Shown piece after piece: positions 1 through 11,402 of a stretch of DNA of 64,000 nucleotides. This DNA is from Vicugna vicugna. Taxonomy: Eukaryota. The stretch covers positions 2,382,917 through 2,446,916 of the forward strand of contig MU058418.1 of NCBI GenBank assembly GCA_013265495.1, given 5' to 3'. A model generated the notes under the pieces. That model was not told the DNA's origin. It did no database searches and worked only from the letters and a program-made list of their open reading frames with translations. Position 1 is the stretch's first letter; every line of letters starts with the position of its first letter. The position numbers and the translations under genes are program-made.

Positions 1-585
1 CTCAGAAATGGCAGCCACAGTAGTGAGTGAACTGAAGAGCAAAAGACGATAGATTCTTTGTGGAGATAAAATGGTGACATGTGAGATGCTGAAGAGTATG
101 TTTCACACCAAATGTGTGAGAATAGCTGAAATGTCAACGCTCTATTCCATTAACATCTGTTTTTCTTCATCTGAGATCTCCCTTTAATTTTGTTATTTTA
201 AGTATCCCTTATGTTTCAAGATAATTTTCCCTTCATAGTGTAAGCAAATGCCTGGAAAAAATTAACTGGAAAAATGACTTTCAGTCATTTGGAGCAGCAA
301 AAGCAAAAGTAGCAGCTGAATCAAAGCCAACTTAGAATTAAATTGCTAGTGCTTGCCTGCAGTTTAGATAACCAAATGTAATGTAAACACTGTATTATTA
401 TTAGGAATGAATGGGGACGCCTGTGATCTAGAAATGGATGAGGAGGAGGAGTGGTGGAGGTGGGGGTTCTTCCATATGACTGATTCTGGCATGGCTTCTA
501 AATCAGCTGCAACCCTCCATAGGACCAGTAATGCAAGGTTTCTCCTCTGTCGCTGTTACATAGCTGGACTACACATGAGTGTGTG

Positions 586-892
586 CAAGCACACACTCAC
601 ACATCTAGACACTACAACATGCCCATGTGATACACAAGCACACACAGCCCCACACCCTTCCCCTGCGAGGCACAGGAGCACAGTAAACATCCCCACATAC
701 AGACCCCCCCCCAACACATGGACTCCACAAATACACGCTCACAGAACACACATGAACACACGAACATCTCACAAACATGTATGCACCACCCACACACCAA
801 AACCGCACAGCACATGAGTACCACACAGCCATGTAAAGCATGTGCAACACATAGTTGCAACTCGCACACACACCCGCACACACACACACTGA
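586..892. repeat. CA-rich low-complexity / degenerate (CA)n tract
   Basis: Interrupted CACACA runs over ~300 bp; gives His/Thr- and Cys/Val-rich spurious ORFs on both strands. Confidence 0.85.
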
Positions 893-1356
893 CTCTTCTC
901 TTGGTCCTCACAGGCCACGTTCTCAGTATGTTGATAGAAATAGCTCACTTGGGCAGGGAAAGGGCTGCCTAAACCATCTCAGCTTTGGTTTTGCCTGAGA
1001 CATTACAGGTCTCTAATGACCTAAAAGGCTACTACAAATATCCCCAAATCATTACAGGGAAGTCACAACAATACCTTATTCCTAGGAGAATTGTGAAGCC
1101 CTTTGAATTAAAATCAAGATAGGCCATTGACTAGGGATGAGACAGTGTGTCCTTTCTATAAAAAACTGAACACAGTGTTAAGTGCTGATTTGATGCAATT
1201 TGTTTGAACAGAGTATGAGAGAAGATACAAGTAAAACTTGGGACAAGTGGTTTCAATGAAAAATTCTGCAGCTAGAAAAATCATCCCATGTGTGAGACTT
1301 GGACTTGAATTTTCTATACACCCCTCTATGTTTCATGGCTTTCAAAAATACACAGA

Positions 1357-1852
1357 TGTATTATCTAGGATTTGGTTCAGCTGTCAAGTGACAGAAAACT
1401 CAAAATAGTAGCAACAGAAACAAAACAGAGAGCAAGAATAATTCTCATATAGATATAGGATGTCAGGCTGGTGTGGTGGCCCATGACCACCAGGGACCCA
1501 TGTTTCTTCTCTCTTATTATTCCAACATCTTCAGCATTATGGCTTCCCCTTCAGGGACCAAGATGGCTGCTCCAGCTCAATCATCACACTCACATTCCAG
1601 TTGGCAAGAAGAAGAAAAGAGAAATAGGGTATGTCCCTTCCTTTCAAGGACATTTTCTAGAAGGTGCCATACAACACATCCACTCACATCTCACTGGTCA
1701 GAACTGTAACATGACCACAGCTAGCTGCAAGGGAGGTCTAGACATATGCTATTTATTCTAGGTGGCCATATGCCCAGCCAAAATTGGAGGTTCTATTATT
1801 ATAGAATAAAGGGAGAACGAATATTGGAAGATAGGTATTGGTTTCTACCACA
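1357..1852 (-). mobile_element. MaLR solo LTR (MLT1J/K-like), old
   Basis: TG...CA termini; MLT1-type text (AAGATGGCTGCTCCAGCTC, ACATGACCACAGCTAGCTGCAAGGGAGG); colinear with a second copy at 49180-49724. Confidence 0.7.
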
Positions 1853-2854
1853 CATTAAAAAAATAAGATAAAAATAGCCTCCACTCAGAAGTAATTACTG
1901 TTAACATTTTGATATGTAGCATATATATATATATACATACATATATAATTTCTTTTACAAAACTGAGTCCATACTGTATATACTGAATTTTTGTTTGTTT
2001 GTTTTCATGCTGTGAATGTCTTATAACCATATGTAGATGCCTATCCTTTTTAAAAAGCTCAAAAGAAAAATCTAATCCGCCTCCACCTAATAAAATAAGC
2101 ATGTTATACAAGTCACTCAAATCAATTATTCTTACTTGAAGCATCATTCAGCTTGGGGTTCAGGACAGGGATGTAAAGGCATATCAAGTAAAAACCCAAG
2201 AAACTTTGAGAATCTATGAGAGGGTAGGGTCCCTGGCTGCAGGAGCATCGGAGCTGTAGACATCCTGAGAATGCAAGTGTGAAGAGGACTCTTGGTGGGG
2301 ACTCGCCTCACCAAGAAAGTCTGGAGGCAGAAGAAGAGGGCGGATCCCTGCTGGCTCCCTCCTCTTCTCCAGCCAAACCCTCAAATGCTGCTAGCTGGAG
2401 AATTGAGCTCATTTGGGAAAATTATTTTGTGGATTCTGCTGGTTATGATACTTAGGGCTTTATTCCCTTAGCAACCTCTCCTAGTTTTCAGAATCCTTCT
2501 TAAATGATCAGGGGATTACATTTCAGATAAGGATCCAGAGTGGTGACTTAGCAGCAATTCAGAAGTTCCCGCTTGCTCTCATTGAATAGGCTGCTTTATT
2601 TACTTGGTGCCCACAAGTGTGTCACAGAAAAACAGCCTGCCTTCTGCTCTCCACTCCCTGCTGTCTTCCTAAAGCGCCTGTTCAAACCAGCTCCGTTCAG
2701 CGTCCTCCGCTGGGTCCCTGTTTCCTCTTGCACCAAATCCAAACTTCTCCACTTGATTTGCGGCGCTTCCCAGGATATACTCACTGGTTTGACTGACCCC
2801 CGTTCCTAAAGCTAAGCACACCTCAGGTCCCCTTCCCAGAGCAGAGACCTTGTT

Positions 2855-3020
2855 TAGGAAAGTGAGACTTTGAGAACCAAATGGACTCTACCCCTTATAA
2901 GCTACGTAAGAGTGAATGTTAGTTAACCCCTTAGATCTCTGCTTCCTGGTGTGTTAAATGTGACTAATAAAAAGAGACCCATGGGGTAAAAGAAGACTAT
3001 GCATATAAAGTGCCTTGGCC
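2855..3020 (+). mobile_element. MIR SINE remnant
   Basis: Degenerate MIR core (AGTTAACCCCTTAGATCTCTGCTTCC...TAAAGTGCCTTGGC). Confidence 0.5.
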
Positions 3021-4419
3021 CTGACAAAAGCCTAAGTGACTGTGACTTTCCTCTCCCCATCCCCTCTGTTTAGGGCTTTTCTGCTCAGAGTTTGCAGCAG
3101 ATTGTGTTCCAGTTGGATGCCATTGTTGAGGCTGGTCCATACCTTGCTCCCTCTGGGCTGGGTTAGTCCATTGCTCAGAGCCTGCTGGCTCAGATGACTG
3201 AGAAAGAAAAGCTATTTGAGGGAGTGAGATGGTGGAGAATAAGACAGAGAGGGTCTGAAGGGAAGTGTAGAGATTAACCAGAAAAAAAGACAGGGACAGA
3301 AAAGATGAGGAATGCAGATGGGACCACACGTGTGAATTTTAAGTAGGGAGCCAGGGAATCAAGGGATTGCCTTCTAATTCCTTGTGAAATTTGGGGAGGA
3401 GGAGACCAGTTAACAGTGGGATGACAAATGGAAGGGACTTTACAGTTATCATTTCGATGACTGCACAGTATTACATTAAGGACATAGAGCAACATTTACC
3501 ACTTCTCCTACCGTTAGACACTCAGATTGTTTATGTTTGCTATTATTAGATAGCCCCACAAAGATTACTTTCATGTACACAATTATTTTTATATTGTATA
3601 ATTATCTTGACATGAAAATCAGCAGCCAAAGGGCAGAAACATTTTCATGTCTCTTGAAATTCACTGCCAAATTGCTTTTCAAAATAAATGTAATAATTTA
3701 CAATGCTAATAGCACTCCATGAGTGTACCAGTTTCTCTGTCTTTTATAGCACTGGGTTTTATTATTTTAAAGTGTTGTTTCAATTCATTAATGATTTAAA
3801 TTATACTTACTTGAGTAACACTAAGGTTGACCATTTGTCTCTCTTTTTAAAAACAATTTGAATTAGCTATTCTTAACCTTTACCTGTTAGGACTTAATAC
3901 TGTTTTTATACAGCTGACAAAGTCTATGGTAGATATTAATCTTTTGCATGTCCAATTGAGGGAATTTTCCCCATTTTTCATTTTTTAATTTTAGTTTTGA
4001 TTGTTTAGGAGTATTGCATTTTATAAAAGTTTTTTTTTAAAGATAATGTGTACTTTGATTTCTAGCCTGAGGAAAGTACATACCTATCTTTGCAGTAGAG
4101 TTTTTCTGTCATTTATTAGAGAAGAAAGGGGACAGAGGTCTTCTGGGGACATAAAAGGTTATAGGAGGGGGCTGGGCCCTAGATAGGCTGCAGTCTCCTC
4201 CGAGTGTCAGAAGTCCTACTCTGGCCAAGGCCTGTATAATTTTCCCAAGGAGAGTATTGGCACACGAGGACAGCAGAGACTTTGGGCAGAGTTGGGAGAC
4301 TATGGCTCTTAAAGTCTAGCACAGAGCTCCCCAGGGGGCTTAGAGGTTAGGGCCATTCCTTTACATACATTGAATCCATATTTGTTTTTATTTCCCATGA
4401 AATTGTTGATATCTCATAC

Positions 4420-4600
4420 ACAAAGTACCTGCTGATGTCCTGTGTGCCCTTGGGCAACTCACTCCACCTCTCTGAACTTCATTTGCCCCCATCTGCAAAG
4501 AAAATAACCTCAAACATCATGTAATTGTTTCAAAGAATAAAATGAGAAAATGAGTATGAACCCATTGTATGAGCTTCAAAGCACTTTGAAAATATAGGGC
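4420..4600 (+). mobile_element. MIR SINE remnant
   Basis: TGTGTGCCCTTGGGCAACTCACTCCACCTCTCTGAACTTCATTTGCCCCCATCTGCAAAG resembles the MIR core. Confidence 0.65.
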
Positions 4601-5412
4601 ACAGCAGATTAGAAGACTACCTCCTTGTTACTTTTCAAATATACCAACAGAACCAGCTTTATCCTTCTCATATTCACTTAGTCAGTAATCTAAGCTGCAA
4701 GATGATGCATATCTCCATGAAACTCAATAAAGTTATTTTCACTCTTTGTGAAAATGGAACAAATGTCTTTAAATGCTACTATTTTTCCTGATTTGTTTCT
4801 CATGCAAAAAAAAAAAAAAGTCTCTCACCAACTGAATTAAGTAAAAAATTTCAGCTGCCCTGCACAATGTTCTGCATCATGTAGCCATCCATGTACTGAT
4901 AATAATGGTGGATAATAATGGTGGCTCTTTTTCTAAATTTGGTGGGAATATTAAGTGATGCTGAACTCCAAGGATAATAGCCTTTTGGAGTGAAAACTGC
5001 TCACTTGGCATGAAGCAAGAGCAGCCCAGATGTGTCTGGACATGCTGAGGAAGTAGGTACCTTGGACATTATGACCCACCATTGATGCCTGAGAGGGAGA
5101 GGAAACCCTGAGGACAGATAGAAACAGAGAAAATGAGATATTTTGAATATCATTCATCTGCCTCAGCATGTGTCCCAAAAAGATTACACTTCATCCAACA
5201 CCCTGGCTCTGGCCAAATAATATAGAGCATTCAATGGCCCTCTGTGATTCCTGCCTCTTTCAGCAGCAATCTTTCTTAATAACAGCTTCATATATTTCAC
5301 TAAGCACCTGCTCTCTTCCTGTGCTGTCAGCACAACTATCTGTATACCAGCAAATAGACTTGTACTTCCCAGTAGAAAAGTGTATTGTTTGTCTCTAAGA
5401 ACCAAGTAGAAG

Positions 5413-5414
<2 letters not shown>

Positions 5415-5446
<32 letters not shown>
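5415..5446. repeat. (GT)16 microsatellite
   Basis: Perfect dinucleotide run read directly. Confidence 0.97.
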
Positions 5447-5450
<4 letters not shown>

Positions 5451-5929
5451 GCCCAGAGCGAGAGGTCAGGATTGCTGGTATGGGTCTCTCCAATGTAGTT
5501 TTATAAGGTCTAGACAGCTTGGCTGACTGCAGCTCTGATTTTGTAAAACAAAATTGACTTGCAAAAATCTGGGCCAGGAGAGGGCACACCTGGGAAGCGA
5601 ATGTGAACTCAGAATAAGGAACAGGGCAAATACTTGAAAGCTACAGAAAAATAGAGGGTTGAGGGAAACCAGAATTTAGAATTCCTTGATGGGGCCATTA
5701 AGTTCATCAAGGCCAAATGGGAATCAAGTGTTAGCCTTCATCTTGGGCCATAAAGGAAGTTCTTCTGAGTGTGGAAAATTAAAGTTCTACAGAGGACTGC
5801 TTAGTGTCCTAAATCTGAAATTACACTACGTGATTTATTGCTAAAACTCCTTTATTGCAACTATTCTAAACTCCAATCCACTATTTCAGGAGTTTAGTGA
5901 AACTGAGAAAAAGACTGTATGATTGCTTA

Positions 5930-6096
5930 GATGAGTGTTCTCTACCCTGGCTTTCCATTAGCATCTTTTAGGAAATTTGATGCTGGTCCTCACTCCAGAC
6001 CAGATGAGTCAGAATCTCTGGGTGAGAGATCCAAGAAACTAGTTTTTAAAAGCTTTCTAGGTAATTCTAATGTCCAACCAGGATTGGAACCACTGG
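5930..6096. mobile_element. MER5A-like hAT-Charlie MITE
   Basis: AGTCAGAATCTCTGGGTG...CTAGGTAATTCTAATGTCCAACCAGGATTGGAACCACTG is typical MER5 text. Confidence 0.7.
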
Positions 6097-8869
6097 CTTA
6101 GGCTGAGATGGGCAAGACATACCCAAGGGAACCAGAGAAAGAGTTGTGGTTGAGAGGTTGTGATTCTTGGGCAAAACTTCAGACAAGGAAAGTTTCTTTG
6201 TTGTTCATGCTTGGATAATGCTGGAATATAAAGGCACCAGAGGATATGTTCAATGTGTCACAGGGGTGGAAGTAATAAATTTAACTTGTGACTACAAGCC
6301 AGAAACCAAACTTCACACATAACCAAACCCAAAAACATAAAACATAACCAGGATCAAACAACCTGGTGGATGAATAATATATTTGGTTGTGTGTTTCAGT
6401 CGGGTATCAAAGATTTACAGAGTAGAAACCCACTCAAGGTAGCTGAAGACAAGGTAGGTTTGTAGCAGAGACTACAAATAGCAATTCTAAGGGATGTAGG
6501 GATCTAGACTCCCAGAGACAGAAACCAGACACTCAGGGACTGAGGTCATTCCCTCCATCTCTCAGTCATTTATCTTCCTTATCTCTGTTCCTCTCTGCAC
6601 ATCTGCTTCATTCTTTCATTACAACTGGCTTCCTCTGATTCTTATTTGACACAGGGCTCAACATGAGTGCTGCAGCCCTACCTTATGATCTTTCAGGTCC
6701 AGAGACCAACCCTGACTGACCATTGTCACAATGTTTCTTAGTTCAAATTTTCAGGAAGGGAATCTAGTCACTGGTCTTATATAGCAAACAATGGCTGGTC
6801 TTGCCTAGCCTTGGGTTAGGCATCAATCTCCTCCCATAAGCTGGGCCAGGGGTAGAAACTGTCACATGGTTCACAGACTGAACATTCTTGGAGACCAAGA
6901 TGTACTTGTGCAGAGCTTTGAGTGGAACAAGCAATGAAATACTTCTAATACCCATCCATAACCATTGCATCACACACCTTTCTTCTTCTTCTGCCTCTCA
7001 GGAGATAGGTGGGGATGGAGGAGATGAGGAAAGCTTGAAAGAATGTGCATTGTCTGATTTCAGGATCCAGTCCAGCGTCTGAGAGGTAACCACAGACAGG
7101 CATAACCCAAAGACAGTCTACAAACTCTCAACCAGCATTTATGTACATGATTATACGTGTGTTGTCTTCCTTCTGAAACCATTAAAAAGTCAATCCATTA
7201 CTGGTGATGGTGAAATCCTGAGGATGTACAAAACACAGGATCTCTGTTTGTTTAATTTTTACCTCAAAATTTCTGCTGCATTGTAACATGTAAAAATATA
7301 ACACATGGGGGATTCTCCTCCCCTTGGGCCTTTATCTGTTTGAAAAATTTGTGATTAACATGCGATTATAGTGGTTTGACAGTTCATTTGACAGCTCTGA
7401 AATAACATTTTAGTTGACAATCTTTTACTGAAACCCAAAATGGTGCTTTCTGGAAACTTAGAACTTCAGCCAATTTGAAGGTTCATGAAAATGGTGGTAT
7501 GAGAATTTTATGAACTCCCCAAATGGAGAAATTGTGTGTAAAATCATTTTATGGTCCAACATTGGCTATTGCAGCAAAGAATTGAATGGTCCTACAGTTT
7601 TTCTTCTTTTCTCTAGTTAAGTTCAGCTGCACTGAGGCAGGAAAGCAGGACTAGTCTGGACTTGGGGACCATGTTTAGAGGGAGAAGGCCAGGATAAAAA
7701 TCCACCTCCCACTCCAGCCTGTAAACAGGAGTATACATATTTTCTTTTCTTTTTGGGCCCCTGGGTCTAGAGGCAAAGTTAAGCCAGGAGAGGGAAGAAG
7801 GTACACAGGGAAAAGTAGAGGATGCCAGTAACAAATGTCTACTTTCACCTTGCTCAGAGCATGCTGTCCCTGAAAATCAGGGCTCTGGCTCTGGTATAAT
7901 GCCATCATGCTGATATGCAACCATTTATTTTAGAGCCTTAGGTGAAGTCAACTATTTTAGCTTTTCCCCAAGTACAGCTATTGGAGATTCTGGCTAATTA
8001 AAAACAAAGAAGAAGTCCAATACTTGTATTTTACTGATGAAACAAAACACCTTTAAACCAAAAGGATGATTTATCTGGGCTGGAAATAAAACTCCTGCCT
8101 ACTGAAGTCTGGTGCAGCTGAGTTATCACTATTTTTGTCCTGTAATTTGTTTTATAGGGTACTAATTAACAGGGCAAAGTCTGTTGCCAGGAAAGTAAAT
8201 CACATTTTGCTGTTTTCTTCTTTTCTAACAAGACACAGACCTGGTCTTTAATCAAAGAGCAAGTTCCAAGGGCACTATCAGCTACTGTAGTTGTGAAGAA
8301 TTCGGCTGGGAAGATAATGGTGAAACCTGTTGTGTAGAGTTCAAGAAAGACAGTGGAAGAGACAAAGAAATGGAGGGGGAGAGAGGAATCGATTGCACAG
8401 GTAACATCCAAAAGAAGAGATTGTTGTTGTTTTCTAGATGTCCCATCTTTTTTCTGTTCCCCACAACTTGGCCTTTCTCCTCTGACTTTACTCAGCTGAC
8501 ACACTGTACCACAAACATCCTTAAACAACTCATTCCCCCCAACCCCCAGTTCATTCCTGTGCCTATACTTTTTATTTTTTTAAGGTTGGGGCAGGGAGGT
8601 CTGTCATCAGACAGTCATCAGACCTCCCTGCCCAAGCTCTCCCTTCTCTAGGGCTTCTTCTTCAATCTAGCCTCCAAATGACCTTTGACCCTGGGCTTTG
8701 CTGTCTGGCCAGTGCAACTCATCCCTCACCCCTCCCCTCCCAGGTCACCCTCCTTGCCTGGCCTCAGAGTCTTCACTCCTTTTTCCCTTTCCGCTTTCCC
8801 CCATATCATTCCTGGATGTTCTGGACTGGCGGCGGTCCTCTGGCTTCTCCTCCCTCCTTGAACCCTTTG

Positions 8870-9000
8870 AGACATCGTTCGGGGAGGGTATATGGTGGGG
8901 GAAGGTAGTTGATGGGCGGGCGAGGAGAGCGAGTGCGGAGCTGGCACCCTGGAGCCAGGAGCCTGACGTCACCGCGCCCTGCTTGTCAATCTCCGGCGGA
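8870..9000 (+). promoter_or_regulatory. GPR6 proximal promoter at the CpG-island edge: GC box 8914-8920, palindromic CRE TGACGTCA 8964-8971
   Basis: Abrupt rise in CpG density; GGGCGGG and TGACGTCA read directly upstream of the putative first exon; no clear TATA. Confidence 0.75.
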
Positions 9001-9200
9001 TACACTACTCGTAGCCGCCTTTTCTTCTACTGTGTGTCTCACTCTCGGAGGCGCCGGCACAGCGACAGGAGCCCCGTATTCCTCTCCCTGCCAGCCCGGC
9101 CACCTCCTTCAGGCGTTGGCTCTCTTCCCGCGGGGTGCGCAGCCTGGCGCCCTGCCACAGAGCTCATGATCGGCTATTTCCTGAAGCCCTGATTCCTCAG
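8990..9200 (+). other. GPR6: Putative non-coding exon 1 of GPR6 (5' boundary approximate)
   Basis: Ends at a strong donor CAG|GTGAGC (9200/9201) and follows the promoter motifs. Confidence 0.7.
9166..9192 (+). other. Upstream ORF MIGYFLKP* in the GPR6 5'UTR
   Basis: ATG ATC GGC TAT TTC CTG AAG CCC TGA inside putative exon 1. Confidence 0.6.
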
Positions 9201-9815
9201 GTGAGCAGCCCGGCTCCCTAAGGGAACTTTGAGGGTGTGGAGAGGGGAAGGGATGAAGTGGCCAGGGGATGAGTCCTTCCCGAAGCCGGAGAAATGGAGT
9301 CAAGCTTGATTCCACACCCTCCTCCTACACAGAAACATCTCAGCCTCTCTCCCGAAAACCCCCTATCCCAGGGTTCTCTGTGGCTCCACGATTTCAGAAA
9401 CTTCTCTCTCAGAACCTTGGACAGCGACTCTGCCGCCTAGTTTAAGAACGCCTGACCACGCGGGTCAGCGCCAGGGTGGGACTCTCAGAGGCTGACACCA
9501 CTAGCTTGGTGCACACGATGCGTGTGCAAATACAGGCACACTTAGGTGATCTGTGTGCATGTGACTGTATGTTATTTGTGTGTATATCTGTGCAAAAACA
9601 CAAGTATTAGTGCGGGTATGCCTTGTGCATTTCACTCACTCACACGCTCACTCATTCAACAGGTATCATTTATTTTTGGTTGTAAACCACTGCTTCCTCG
9701 TTCTGTCCTGGAGTCCCGGGGTGGGATGGGCAATATGAGCAGGGCACCGGCGCCCGGGGAAGTACTCTGGCGGCGTGAACCACACACCTGAAGCTTCCTC
9801 TCCCTCTCCACGCAG
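9201..9815 (+). other. GPR6: GPR6 5'UTR intron
   Basis: GTGAGC donor; polypyrimidine tract CTTCCTCTCCCTCTCCA then CGCAG|G acceptor, 19 nt before the ATG. Confidence 0.75.
9408..9428 (+). promoter_or_regulatory. RE1/NRSE (REST-binding) element
   Basis: CTCAGAACCTTGGACAGCGAC fits NTYAGMRCCNNRGMSAG with the canonical 2-nt spacer. Confidence 0.75.
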
Positions 9816-9834
9816 GGTGTAGCGTCCGGCCGCA

Positions 9835-10926
9835 ATGAACGCGAGCGCATCTTCGCTCAACGAGTCCCAGGTGGTGGCAGTGGCGGCCGAGGGTGCGGCG
9901 GCAGCGGTCACAGCGGCAGGAGCGCGGGACACAGTTGAATGGGGGCCCCCTGCAGCGGCAGCGGCGCTGGGGGGCGGCGGCGCAGCTAATGCGTCGCTGG
10001 AGCTGTCTTCTCAGCTGCCAGCGGGGCCACCAGGGCTGCTGCTGTCGGCAGTGAACCCATGGGACGTACTGCTCTGCGTGTCGGGGACGGTGATCGCAGG
10101 TGAAAATGCGCTGGTAGTGGCGCTCATCGCCTCCACACCAGCTCTGCGCACGCCCATGTTCGTGCTGGTGGGCAGCCTGGCAACCGCGGATCTGCTGGCG
10201 GGCTGCGGTCTCATTCTGCACTTCGTGTTCCAGTACCTGGTGCCCTCGGAGACTGTAAGCCTGCTCACTGTGGGCTTCCTCGTGGCCTCCTTCGCGGCCT
10301 CAGTCAGCAGCCTGCTGGCCATCACGGTAGATCGTTACCTGTCTCTCTACAACGCGCTCACCTATTATTCGCGACGGACCCTGTTGGGTGTGCATCTCCT
10401 GCTCGCCGCCACCTGGACGGTGTCCCTAGGCCTCGGGCTGCTGCCGGTGCTCGGCTGGAACTGCCTGGCAGAGCGCGCCGCCTGCAGCGTGGTGCGCCCG
10501 CTGACGCGCAGCCACGTGGCGCTGCTTTCCGCCACCTTTTTTGCTGTCTTCGGCATCATGTTGCACCTGTACGTGCGCATCTGCCAGGTAGTCTGGCGTC
10601 ATGCGCACCAGATCGCGCTGCAGCAGCACTGCCTTGCACCACCCCACCTTGCCGCCACCAGAAAGGGCGTGGGTACGCTGGCCGTGGTGCTGGGCACTTT
10701 CGGTGCCAGCTGGCTGCCCTTTGCCATCTACTGTGTGGTGGGCAGCCATGAGGACCCGGCTGTCTACACCTACGCCACCCTGCTGCCTGCCACCTACAAC
10801 TCCATGATCAATCCTATTATCTATGCCTTCCGCAACCAGGAGATCCAACGTGCCCTGTGGCTCCTGTTTTGTGGCTGTTTCCAGTCCAAAGTGCCCTTCC
10901 GCTCCAGGTCCCCCAGTGAGGTCTGA
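9835..10926 (+). CDS. GPR6: G protein-coupled receptor 6 (class A orphan GPCR, GPR3/6/12 family), 363 aa
   Basis: Uninterrupted ORF with seven hydrophobic segments, DRY, SWLP and NPIIY motifs; Ala/Gly-rich N-terminus MNASASSLNESQVV and C-terminus RSRSPSEV characteristic of GPR6. Confidence 0.98.
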   Translation: MNASASSLNESQVVAVAAEGAAAAVTAAGARDTVEWGPPAAAAALGGGGAANASLELSSQLPAGPPGLLLSAVNPWDVLLCVSGTVIAGENALVVALIASTPALRTPMFVLVGSLATADLLAGCGLILHFVFQYLVPSETVSLLTVGFLVASFAASVSSLLAITVDRYLSLYNALTYYSRRTLLGVHLLLAATWTVSLGLGLLPVLGWNCLAERAACSVVRPLTRSHVALLSATFFAVFGIMLHLYVRICQVVWRHAHQIALQQHCLAPPHLAATRKGVGTLAVVLGTFGASWLPFAIYCVVGSHEDPAVYTYATLLPATYNSMINPIIYAFRNQEIQRALWLLFCGCFQSKVPFRSRSPSEV

Positions 10927-11396
10927 AGGCTCCCTCTGTCCTCTCACCAACACCACACCCCAACAAGCCAGACTTTGGTGATGAACTGTGAGATCCCAAT
11001 AGTGTGATTCTGACTTTGGAAAGAAAGAATAAACATAAACACAACAAACTTACAAAGACAAAGAGGCTTGTTGGTACTTTACATATACAGTGTATACATG
11101 TGTACATATATATACAAATATTTGTATCTTCTGGAGGTGTTCAGGATGTGGAATCTCCTGTTCTGTGAAAAAACTAACAAAAATGTGGTTGTATACTCAA
11201 ATTGTACATCACATTTGTCAAGTGAAGACATTCCAATACTGCTTAATTATAGCACTTTATTTTTAGCTGCTGAACTGCCAAAACAGTGTTGCCATTTTCA
11301 AAAGGCAGGGGAAGGGGGTTAAAAAGTGTATTTTTGTTGTATGTGATAAAGTATTTTGCTGCATATGCATCAGTAAATTATAACATTTTGTACACA

Positions 11397-11402
11397 AATA
11401 AA
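11397..11402 (+). terminator. Likely GPR6 polyadenylation signal AATAAA (alternative at 11028-11033)
   Basis: AATAAA followed by T/GT-rich sequence and preceded by TGTA motifs. Confidence 0.6.

Noticed and set aside
407..972. Four overlapping ORFs of 84-136 aa
   Set aside because: Products of the CA/TG low-complexity tract; no recognisable domain.
8290..8406. Purine-rich exon-like stretch ending CAG|GTAACA upstream of GPR6
   Set aside because: No supporting acceptor or promoter, and it lies outside the CpG-rich region; needs transcript data.
8698..9192. 164-aa ORF across the GPR6 promoter
   Set aside because: Non-ATG start in GC-rich, stop-poor DNA; only its last 8 codons (the uORF) begin with ATG.
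9452..9468. Inverted repeat CTGACC-ACGCG-GGTCAG resembling nuclear-receptor half-sites
   Set aside because: 6-bp arms are expected by chance and the everted arrangement is not a classic ERE.
9666..10956. Several minus-strand ORFs up to 183 aa overlapping GPR6
   Set aside because: Antisense shadows of a GC-rich CDS.
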